Shown: piece after piece, positions 35,484 through 43,527 of the stretch | Position numbering within the stretch: the stretch's first letter is position 1 | Layout: every line of letters begins with the position of its first letter | NCBI GenBank assembly: GCA_964492495.1 | Contig: CAZBKJ010000003.1 | Coordinates: 1 to 54,422, forward strand | DNA from: an uncultured Pseudomonadales bacterium | GTDB taxonomy: Bacteria > Patescibacteriota > Microgenomatia > UBA1400 > UBA12028 | Direction: 5' to 3' | DNA length: 54,422 nucleotides | Position numbers and translations under genes: made by a program | Notes under the pieces: generated by a model | What the model was told of the DNA's origin: nothing | What the model saw: the letters and a program-made list of their open reading frames with translations, nothing else | The model's database searches: none

Positions 35484-37073
35484 TTATTTTCTTGAGATTG
35501 ATTGAAGCAATCCTGCTGGTGAAGTCTGATATGAAAAATGTGAGAGTACTGTTTCATCTGGTATGCACAGCGGGTGTGCCGTTCCACAGCGGTCATCACC
35601 AGATACTGGAGTGGTATAGCTAAAAAGGTCTTTGTATAGACGTTTTGAGGCTGTGAAGTTGTAGACTGTTTCAACCGGAAAAAGCGCCTGACTTTTTCGC
35701 AGAGGTAGACGACTTGGAATTGCAAGATACAGTGAGCTTGCTACAAGAAGGAGAAGCGAGAGTGTAGGAATAAAGCGTGTAGTTTCGTTTGAAAACGCAG
35801 CTGCAGCGAGTACGCCCAGTGAGAGTGTCCCAAATGGCCAAAGCAAGCGGAGGTCAGGTGCTTGCGAATACGCAAGTACAGTAACTGTCCAAAAGGAAAC
35901 GACGAGAAATACCAGCGGTTTTTTCTCGTGAATGTTAAATGTCCGTACAATTAGGGAATGAAGAAAGGTAAGACAGATCAGAAGAACTACCAACTGCACA
36001 GAAGGTGGAATCGTGGGTAAAAACTTGCGAACAAACCAAGCACTTTCAGGCTCTATCCGATCTGTGTATGGTGAAAATCGTGCCCAAGAGTAGATCGTTG
36101 ATCGAAGCTCACGTACATCCTCTTTTGGAAGAGCAGACCCAGATAGAAGAGGAGCATACGTACTTTCCACAGGAAACAACAGATATCCAGTCTGTATGGA
36201 TGAAGTAATGAAAAAGACGATGCAGAGGAGACTTGCTAGAAGGAGTACAATTTTCTGTGAAAACGCTTTGTAGTAGAGAAGTGCTACAAAAAAGATGCCA
36301 ACGAACAGAAAGGCAGATGATTTTGTGGCAAATGCGAGGATACTCGCAAGAAACGCGAACGCGTAGTTTTTTTCTAAAAAAAACAGTACGGCGACGAGTA
36401 ACCAAAAAAATACACCAAGTTCAGGAGCAAGTGTCGGTATAAGGCTCATGCCATTGATGCAAAACGCAGTTACCGCTGCAAAAGTCAGAACTGTCATTTG
36501 AGAAAGCGAACGTATGTTCTTTTTGACAAAAGCAAGAAACACAGCACAACAAATCCAAAGTGCATACATAGTATTCATGATCGTAAACGACTGATCGTTT
36601 CCAGGAAGAAGAGTGTGTAAGGAAGACACGGAAAAAGTCGAACTGGTAAAGCCAAAACGACTATGAACAAGTGCGATTCCAGGAATCAAGTGGTTGTACA
36701 CATAGAGTTTTGTGAAGGGAATGTGGTACAAGAGCGAATCATACCAATCAACTGGAAAAGAACCTTCATAGAGAATACGACCACCAAGCAAAAGGAATAA
36801 AAAGAGCAGAAGTTTTGAAGGATTGATAGCGTTTCGTATGGAAAGCAGCTCGAGATGTAGTTTCTTTTGAAAAAAAACAAAAATCCCGACACCTGCGAGT
36901 ACAATGTACAAACCTATCGAAACCGGAGCGAAGAAATGAGTGAGATGGATGGAAAGAAGTACAATCGAAAAACCCAGTGTCATTTTTTCTCGGACAGTTG
37001 TACTCGAAAAAACTGAACCTAAACCGATGATGGTAAAAGAAAATAAGAAAAATATAACGGCTAAATACAGCAT
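35484..37073 (-). CDS. Large polytopic membrane protein, unknown function
   Basis: 529 aa with at least 12 TM segments. The loop FPVDWYDSLLYHIPF contains acidic and aromatic residues. No firm family assignment is possible. Confidence 0.5.
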   Translation of the reverse strand: MLYLAVIFFLFSFTIIGLGSVFSSTTVREKMTLGFSIVLLSIHLTHFFAPVSIGLYIVLAGVGIFVFFQKKLHLELLSIRNAINPSKLLLFLFLLLGGRILYEGSFPVDWYDSLLYHIPFTKLYVYNHLIPGIALVHSRFGFTSSTFSVSSLHTLLPGNDQSFTIMNTMYALWICCAVFLAFVKKNIRSLSQMTVLTFAAVTAFCINGMSLIPTLAPELGVFFWLLVAVLFFLEKNYAFAFLASILAFATKSSAFLFVGIFFVALLYYKAFSQKIVLLLASLLCIVFFITSSIQTGYLLFPVESTYAPLLSGSALPKEDVRELRSTIYSWARFSPYTDRIEPESAWFVRKFLPTIPPSVQLVVLLICLTFLHSLIVRTFNIHEKKPLVFLVVSFWTVTVLAYSQAPDLRLLWPFGTLSLGVLAAAAFSNETTRFIPTLSLLLLVASSLYLAIPSRLPLRKSQALFPVETVYNFTASKRLYKDLFSYTTPVSGDDRCGTAHPLCIPDETVLSHFSYQTSPAGLLQSISRK

Positions 37074-37096
37074 TTGTGTAGTATAACGTAGAAACC

Positions 37097-38026
37097 ATGC
37101 AGAATTTTCGTCTATTCATTACGCAATCACTTTTTTTAGGCGGTCTTTGTGGACTTGCTCTCTTCTACCCTGAATTTTCAAGTGTAGTTCTCAGCATTGC
37201 TATCGTGTGTATGCTTATTTTGTCACCCAAAGAAAGTGAATCACGATCAGTACTCCTGATTTTTAAACTGCTCACGATCGTGCTCTGCTCTGTGTATAGT
37301 GTTGGTGTGTCACTTGGATTTACATCTTCACCTCCCGTTTTCTCACTCTTTTCGACACTCAAACTCCAGCGATTTTTCACACTCCCATCATGGTTTTTTG
37401 TGGTGTTATTTCTTTTGTATATTTTTCCAGGACAGAAAGGACTTCGATCATTGGCACAGGCGATGTACTCAGAGGTCTTCTTTCGAAAAAAAGTTCTGAC
37501 ACTTTGTGTATTTGTTGTTCTTCTTTCTCAAGGAATCATCGTAGGTTCGCAAGTGGTTGAGCAGGGTACATGGACGATCCATCATATTCAGACACTCAAA
37601 GATGAGCGGTATGCGGTAAAGAAATTTGGAGTAGGAGAAGCTTTATGGTTTTACCGCGTGGGGCAGTTTTGGGACAGGGAAATTTCTGATAAAGCACATG
37701 CAGTTCTCGGGATACCTCCCCAAGGAGAGCCATGGATTCAATCAAGTAATCCATCGTATGTGTCCTCGTTTGTATTTCCGGCAAAAACGTATTCACTCTC
37801 TACACATTTTGAAACTATTCCATCAGAGATTACGCACATCGTTATTGTCCGTGGTGAAACTGACCAAGGTGATTTTGGATGGCCAAAGGCGTCAATTTCT
37901 CGGGATACAATAGCAAGACTTGTGCTATTTAATCCGTTCACTGGAGAACGGCAGGATAAAACCGGCTCAGACTATTTGCCAAAAGAATTTGAAGGGATGT
38001 ACGGACTGATTACCCTGAAACAATAA
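37097..38026 (+). CDS. Membrane protein with an N-terminal multi-TM region and a C-terminal soluble domain, unknown function
   Basis: 309 aa. There are about 5 TM segments in the first 170 aa, followed by a hydrophilic domain. No motif was recognised. Confidence 0.45.
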   Translation: MQNFRLFITQSLFLGGLCGLALFYPEFSSVVLSIAIVCMLILSPKESESRSVLLIFKLLTIVLCSVYSVGVSLGFTSSPPVFSLFSTLKLQRFFTLPSWFFVVLFLLYIFPGQKGLRSLAQAMYSEVFFRKKVLTLCVFVVLLSQGIIVGSQVVEQGTWTIHHIQTLKDERYAVKKFGVGEALWFYRVGQFWDREISDKAHAVLGIPPQGEPWIQSSNPSYVSSFVFPAKTYSLSTHFETIPSEITHIVIVRGETDQGDFGWPKASISRDTIARLVLFNPFTGERQDKTGSDYLPKEFEGMYGLITLKQ

Positions 38027-38029
38027 TCT

Positions 38030-39367
38030 ATGTCACTACTAAGCATTCTGCTACTTCTACTGTTACAACCTACAGGATTTGTAATTTTTGGATTGCTCAG
38101 AGTCTCACAAAGCATTCTCTCCTTTTCCCTCTCTTGGTTTATAGGAAGTGCAGTAGCAACCGGCGTCTTGTTTTTTCTTTTAGTCATGGGACTTCGTGCT
38201 ACTGAAAGCTTCTGGATTACGACAGTGGGTATTATTGTTGCAGCAATATGGGGAATGAAAAGCGCAGAGTACCAAAAGCTTCTTGTGCAAAGCTGGAAAT
38301 CTTTACTCCCAGATACATCAGTTCAACGAATGCTCTGTATCTCCATCGTATTTTTACTATGCTTTATTTTTGTGATGAATCAGTTCTGGCCCCATACCGA
38401 TTGGGATGCGATGACGCTCTATGATTTTCGCGCAAAAGCAGTTATTGAGACTTCGTATCTCTCACCTCTTCTTACCGGGATACAAGATGTATATCTCATT
38501 AGTTATCCCTGGTATACATCAGGGTTATTTATCCTTGCCTACTTTTCGACATCGTGGAATATTCTCGGTGTTTTTAGTTTCATGACGTTTTTTTTTCTTT
38601 GTAGTATCTATCAACTCTGTTCAAATGCAGGAGAAAAAAAACTGTCTGGATATGTCGCATCGCTGTCAGTTCTGACAATTCCTATCATCTTTTCTCATAC
38701 AATGATCGCGTACACCAACTTGGCTTTTATGATGTATTGGGCACTTGGAATCGTGCTTCTGCTTTCGTGGATTCGTTTTGGTGATGACAATCATGGAATA
38801 CTAGGCGCAACTCTATTTGGTCTTTCATCCTGGGTTCGCTCGAGTGAACCGTTTTGGGTCATCGGGGTTGGTGTGCTCATACTGGGCATCCTACTTGCAA
38901 AAAAACCAACTGCTGCTTTTTGGATTTCACTCATTTTGCTCCCCAAAATTTTGTGGAAATACTATGTCGGTTGGGTGTTGGTTCATATTCTGCCAGAATC
39001 ATCGCCTGAACTTCTAACCTTTCAAAAAGGAGGGGAAACCTCACTGCAGTTCCTCCATATCTTTGCTGATTTGGAAAAGTGGAAAGATGTCAGTATTCAT
39101 ATTCTGCGCTTTGCAGGACCTCTCTGGGGTGCGTGGTCGATTATTGTTTTTTTACTCCTGCTTGGTAGAAAATGGAGTTATAGAGAACTCACACCTTTTT
39201 CCGTCATTTTTGTAAGCATGAGTATGATTTTTGTCGGGACATTTTTATTCACTGCAAACCCATACTGGAACACGATCATCGATTCGTTTCAACGGCTTCT
39301 GCTATTCTTACTTCCTGTTTTTGTGTATACAGTATGTAGTTCACCAACTACCTATGAAAAACACTAA
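38030..39367 (+). CDS. Polytopic membrane protein, unknown function (GT-C-like size and topology)
   Basis: 445 aa with about 11 TM segments. It starts 3 nt after the upstream stop. Confidence 0.5.
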   Translation: MSLLSILLLLLLQPTGFVIFGLLRVSQSILSFSLSWFIGSAVATGVLFFLLVMGLRATESFWITTVGIIVAAIWGMKSAEYQKLLVQSWKSLLPDTSVQRMLCISIVFLLCFIFVMNQFWPHTDWDAMTLYDFRAKAVIETSYLSPLLTGIQDVYLISYPWYTSGLFILAYFSTSWNILGVFSFMTFFFLCSIYQLCSNAGEKKLSGYVASLSVLTIPIIFSHTMIAYTNLAFMMYWALGIVLLLSWIRFGDDNHGILGATLFGLSSWVRSSEPFWVIGVGVLILGILLAKKPTAAFWISLILLPKILWKYYVGWVLVHILPESSPELLTFQKGGETSLQFLHIFADLEKWKDVSIHILRFAGPLWGAWSIIVFLLLLGRKWSYRELTPFSVIFVSMSMIFVGTFLFTANPYWNTIIDSFQRLLLFLLPVFVYTVCSSPTTYEKH

Positions 39368-40187
39368 GCGTTGCACAGCGTGCAAAACCTCAAAAATTCA
39401 AGAATACTTTCAGGCAAAAACTATCACGTATTTTCTTTGCTCAGTGTGTAGTCATGTGTTTTCCTTTACTGTCCTTGAAACACCATATGAAGAGTACAAG
39501 CACGAAGATAAGTATGAGAAATGGAAAGAGTATTTACATAATGTGTTTGAAAAACGGGTGGACGATATACAAAAGTTTAAAAAGAACGGGAAGGTGCTCG
39601 AAGTTGGATGCTCACTTGGGTACTTTATGGATAAACTGATCGAAGCAGGATTTCAGACCGAAGGACTTGAGCCATCAAAAGATGCGGTGTTGCTTGGGAG
39701 AAAAAGAGGTCTTACTATTCACAAAGGGTATTTGGAGAAAAATGCGCTGACAAAAGCAAGCTATGATGTGGTTATTCTGAATCATGTGATGGAACACGTC
39801 AAAGATCTTCAAAAAGCTTGCGAATCTATTCGATCACTGCTTCGTCCTGGTGGCATCGTGTTTATTGAAAGCCCAAATTTTGGATCGATTGAAGGTCAGT
39901 TTTTTAAGTCTTCGTGGCGATACTTGTACCCAACAGAACACTATTCTCAGTTTTCACCTTCGTCACTTCAAACACTGCTTTCAAAAAATGGATTTACGGT
40001 TCTTTCTACGAAAACATCTGCAACCCCGTACGATTTTGCAAGTTTTCCAAGAGAACTTGCACGTTGCGTTCGTTTGCTTGATTGGAAGAGACTGGTTGTC
40101 TATGCTATTGAACTTCCACTTTCAACAATTGAGGTACTTACAAATAGAGGCACAGCGGTGCAGTGTATAGCAAAAAAATCTAAGTGA
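39354..40187 (+). CDS. Class I SAM-dependent methyltransferase with an N-terminal CxxC...CxxC zinc-ribbon
   Basis: Start set to ATG 39354 (MKNTKRCTACKT...CSVCSHVF), because the listed upstream extension overlaps the previous gene. It has motif I VLEVGCSLGYF, VVILNHVMEHV and LLRPGGIVFIE. Confidence 0.8.
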   Translation: MKNTKRCTACKTSKIQEYFQAKTITYFLCSVCSHVFSFTVLETPYEEYKHEDKYEKWKEYLHNVFEKRVDDIQKFKKNGKVLEVGCSLGYFMDKLIEAGFQTEGLEPSKDAVLLGRKRGLTIHKGYLEKNALTKASYDVVILNHVMEHVKDLQKACESIRSLLRPGGIVFIESPNFGSIEGQFFKSSWRYLYPTEHYSQFSPSSLQTLLSKNGFTVLSTKTSATPYDFASFPRELARCVRLLDWKRLVVYAIELPLSTIEVLTNRGTAVQCIAKKSK

Positions 40188-40728
40188 TTTTTCGAACGAC
40201 TTTTGCAGGAGAGCCAACGGCAACTGAAAAATCAGGAATTGAGGTATTCACAACACTTCCTGCTCCAATCACACAGTTCTTCCCGATCGTTACTCCAGGC
40301 AAAATAACAGAGTTGATTCCAATCCATGTACCACTTCCGATTCGTACCGGTAAAGGCTTAGTCATCCCTTGCAAAACGATAGGGACTTTTTTGTCATCAT
40401 ATCGGTGAGAGTGATCTGAAATATAGACATTAGGAGCGAGAAGAACATAGTCTTCAAGAGTAATTTCTTGTTTGGCACTTAAAAAACTATTTCTTCCAAT
40501 GTCGCAATTCTTTCCAATCGTGAGCACCTTTTTTACTTCTGGCTCAACGACATTGAGCCACACATTTTCTTGTAGATGTACATAGTCTCCAATTGAGATG
40601 TCGCGCGGATTATAAATGCGAACCCATCGATCAATTGCCACATTTTTTCCTAAGAAATAGTATGGCAAAAACATCTTGTGATAGTAGTACCGAAGTCCGT
40701 GGATGATGAGCTCAAAGAATCTTTGCAT
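40180..40728 (-). CDS. Hexapeptide-repeat (LbH) sugar O-acetyltransferase
   Basis: The left-handed beta-helix repeats IGSGTWIGINSVILPGVTIGKNCVIGAGSVV are present, and the size fits WbbJ/maltose-acetyltransferase-like enzymes. Confidence 0.8.
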   Translation of the reverse strand: MQRFFELIIHGLRYYYHKMFLPYYFLGKNVAIDRWVRIYNPRDISIGDYVHLQENVWLNVVEPEVKKVLTIGKNCDIGRNSFLSAKQEITLEDYVLLAPNVYISDHSHRYDDKKVPIVLQGMTKPLPVRIGSGTWIGINSVILPGVTIGKNCVIGAGSVVNTSIPDFSVAVGSPAKVVRKIT

Positions 40729-41530
40729 AGCGGAGTTTCCCTACGTTGTAGCATACCATCCCGTAGTACATTCCCATAAAAAGCGAGCTTTTCACCCCAA
40801 TACTTCCTTGTGACAGTCCTCCCAAGACAAGGGAAGCAGTCGTGTGATACAACGCCAAAAAGGGAGCACTCCATGGGGCAAAGTTCATCCAGGTGCTGTA
40901 GTGAATCTGCAAAAGCTGCTCAGGATCATGAAATCGTTGGAGTGCTGAGGAGTCTTGTAGGTAATACGCTGCATGAATTCGTGCCCAAGCAGTCCACTTG
41001 GTACGAAAGGTATTCCAACGCAGATTGTCGTAGGTTGGTTTGTGCTCCAGAACATACGGTGTATCAAGAACGGTTCCTTGGACTCGCACTGATTCATGTG
41101 GAACACCAAGTAACGAGATCGCAGTCATCTTGTAGAGAAAAAGTTTTCGTGGCCAAGTAGCCGTTTGGTATTTTTTTCCATCCCAGTATGGCCAGATGGC
41201 GGTATATCCATCTGCATTTTGATCAAGTAAACGAGGTATATGCGAAACGAGCTCTTCTGATAAATATTCATCTGCATCGATTTGCAGGCAGTATGGAGTA
41301 GTCACTTTGCCAAAGAGCCATGGCCGATGAGGTTCTGCCTCACCTATAAATGGCCGAATAAACACATGACAGCCAAACGTTCTGGCAATTTGTAGCGAGT
41401 TGTCTGTACACTCACCATCGTGAACCACCAGAATTGTAGAAGTTATTTTTGTCAAACTCTGAAGGCACCTCGCAAGAACTTTTTCTTCGTTATGAATGAT
41501 AAGGCACGCGGTAACACGATCAGTGGTCAT
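40712..41530 (-). CDS. GT2 glycosyltransferase
   Basis: VTACLIIHNEEKVLARCLQSL, VVHDGECTDNS and QIDADEYL are present. Confidence 0.75.
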   Translation of the reverse strand: MTTDRVTACLIIHNEEKVLARCLQSLTKITSTILVVHDGECTDNSLQIARTFGCHVFIRPFIGEAEPHRPWLFGKVTTPYCLQIDADEYLSEELVSHIPRLLDQNADGYTAIWPYWDGKKYQTATWPRKLFLYKMTAISLLGVPHESVRVQGTVLDTPYVLEHKPTYDNLRWNTFRTKWTAWARIHAAYYLQDSSALQRFHDPEQLLQIHYSTWMNFAPWSAPFLALYHTTASLVLGGLSQGSIGVKSSLFMGMYYGMVCYNVGKLRYAKIL

Positions 41531-41575
41531 GAATCGTATTGTACAAGAAAAGAGGGTTGTTTTTTTTCTACAATC

Positions 41576-41740
41576 CTACACAAGTGCTGTTTTGTCGTCT
41601 GAGAAAGTAATTGCAATCGCAAAGGTGTTTTCTGCAGAATCAACACCTTTTACAACAATCGGTACAGACTCAATACTTTTCACTGTTACAGGTTCTGGTG
41701 CGCTATCTTGGTTTTGTGGTTTTTGTTTTTCTTGACTCAT
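41576..41740 (-). CDS. Hypothetical 54-aa protein (unlisted small ORF)
   Basis: ATG at 41738-41740 (- strand) is preceded by AAGGA 7 nt upstream. It translates to MSQEKQKPQNQDSAPEPVTVKSIESVPIVVKGVDSAENTFAIAITFSDDKTALV with stop TAG at 41576-41578. There is no homology evidence. Confidence 0.25.
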   Translation of the reverse strand: MSQEKQKPQNQDSAPEPVTVKSIESVPIVVKGVDSAENTFAIAITFSDDKTALV

Positions 41741-41839
41741 ATTCGTCCTTTCAACAGAGTTTGCTTATTTATTCGCAGATATCACTCGGATTTTATCACA
41801 GCGGTATCTTCAAGGTGTTATTCGGATTTACCGAAATTT

Positions 41840-42760
41840 CTATATGAACTGACGGATGGTGGCACAAGAAGCTTTAAACTGCTCTGCTTCTTTTTGTGAG
41901 AGTTCAATTTTTAAAATCTTTTCAGCTCCATTTCTCCCTACAATACACGGAACGCTTATGGAGATATCTGACTCTCCATAGTAATCTGAAATCGGAACCG
42001 ATACGGGCAGGACTGATTTTTGGTCTTGGAGTATTGCCTTGGCAAGTTGAGAGATGACAACACCAATCGCGTAGTATGTGGCACCCTTTGCTTGAATAAT
42101 TTTGCCTGCAGCCTCGCGAGTCTTTGTGTACGCATCAAGGGCAAGCTGCGTTGAAAATTCCGGGAAGTTCTCCAAAAGTTGTCCTCCAACAGATGCTGAC
42201 GCGATAGCTGGAAACGAACTATCACCATGTTCACCTAAAACGTACGCATGGATGCTTCGAGGATTTACCTTTAAAAATTCACTTAAGTGAAACCGGAATC
42301 GTGCGGTATCAAGCATTGTTCCAGATCCAATAACTCTTCCTTGGGGAAGATTAAGAAGTTTTGCAAGTCTGTATGTCAACACATCGACTGGGTTACTGAC
42401 AACGACCATGACACTCTCTTTGACGAATGGCGCAATTTGTGGGGCTAACTCATCGATAATTTTCTTGTTCTCTTCGACAAGATCAAGTCGGGATTGCCCT
42501 GGCTTCTGGGCAACTCCAGCCGTAACGATGACGACATCAGAGCCTTCAAGAAGTGCATAGTCTTCTGTCGCTACGATCTTTGTACTTTCCAAAAAGGGGA
42601 GCCCATGTTCAAGATCTAGCTTTTCTCCTTCACTTTTTTCAATAGACCGAGACACAAGAACGAGTTCATCCACCCGATGTCGAAGAAGGAGCGCGTATGC
42701 AGCGGTAATACCAACTTTGCCAAGTCCGACGATCGACACTTTATGTGAGTCAGTGTTCAT
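41840..42760 (-). CDS. ldh: L-lactate dehydrogenase
   Basis: IVGLGKVGITAAY (GxGxxG), AGVAQKPGQSRLDL (a Gln at the LDH-specifying position rather than the Arg of MDH), GSGTMLDTARFRF and GEHGDS are present. Confidence 0.88.
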   Translation of the reverse strand: MNTDSHKVSIVGLGKVGITAAYALLLRHRVDELVLVSRSIEKSEGEKLDLEHGLPFLESTKIVATEDYALLEGSDVVIVTAGVAQKPGQSRLDLVEENKKIIDELAPQIAPFVKESVMVVVSNPVDVLTYRLAKLLNLPQGRVIGSGTMLDTARFRFHLSEFLKVNPRSIHAYVLGEHGDSSFPAIASASVGGQLLENFPEFSTQLALDAYTKTREAAGKIIQAKGATYYAIGVVISQLAKAILQDQKSVLPVSVPISDYYGESDISISVPCIVGRNGAEKILKIELSQKEAEQFKASCATIRQFI

Positions 42761-42814
42761 AAAAATCCTTTACGTAGTGTGTATGATCTATACATCAAGT
42801 ATATACTACAGAGT

Positions 42815-43483
42815 ATGATAGCCAGAACGAGTGAGTCTCACGGTGATCTTCATCACAAGATAGTGCGTTTTTTTGAAAACCATATTCCTTTTTCTGTACC
42901 ACCTGAAACAATCCTGATTTCATCTACAACCAGGCCAAGTTTTATTTTTTTTCTGCGAGAAGGGGTCGTACAACAAACAGTCACAACCATCAAGGGTAAT
43001 GAGCTTTGTTTGAATTTGTATAAACCAGGAAGTTTTTTCTCTCTCATGGATGGATTAGCAGATATTCCGAATTCATATACGTTCACGAGTATTCTTTCCT
43101 CTTCAGGATGGAAAGCACCAATTGAAGAAGTAAAACACTTTATCGCACAAAATCCGGATGTCTCAACTGATCTCACAATCAGACTTCTCAAAGGTCTACA
43201 TGGTTTGCTTTCAAAAACTGAAAAGCTTATGGAAGGAAATGCACTTGGACTGCTGGTTCAGACACTACTGTCATTAGGAACACGGTTTTCACTTGCTGGA
43301 AGTAGTGATGTGATTATCACTGTCCCATTTACACATCAAAAACTTGCAGAGCTTACAGGGCTTTCACGAGAAACAGTGACAAGAGAGCTCTCGTTTCTAA
43401 AAAGTAAGCATCTGGTCTCGATTGATGCACAGCACATTACTCTTCACAATGTAGATCAGCTGCAGTCACTGTTGGATGTGTGA
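42815..43483 (+). CDS. Crp/Fnr-family transcriptional regulator (no FNR-type Cys cluster)
   Basis: It has the C-terminal HTH HQKLAELTGLSRETVTRELSFLKSKHLV and an N-terminal cNMP-binding-like beta-roll (FFLREGVVQQ...G). The start is taken at ATG 42815, while the listed GTG 42779 lies in the ldh-divergent promoter region. Confidence 0.75.
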   Translation: MIARTSESHGDLHHKIVRFFENHIPFSVPPETILISSTTRPSFIFFLREGVVQQTVTTIKGNELCLNLYKPGSFFSLMDGLADIPNSYTFTSILSSSGWKAPIEEVKHFIAQNPDVSTDLTIRLLKGLHGLLSKTEKLMEGNALGLLVQTLLSLGTRFSLAGSSDVIITVPFTHQKLAELTGLSRETVTRELSFLKSKHLVSIDAQHITLHNVDQLQSLLDV

Positions 43484-43494
43484 CAGAGATCACT
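43479..43494. promoter_or_regulatory. CRP-type inverted repeat TGTGA-N6-TCACT upstream of the VKOR-DHODH gene
   Basis: tgtga cagaga tcact matches the TGTGA-N6-TCACA consensus at 9 of 10 positions. It straddles the stop codon of the Crp-family gene and lies 34 nt upstream of ATG 43528. Confidence 0.4.
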
Positions 43495-43527
43495 GTCTGA
43501 TTCTTCATTTTTTCGTACACTTTCTTT

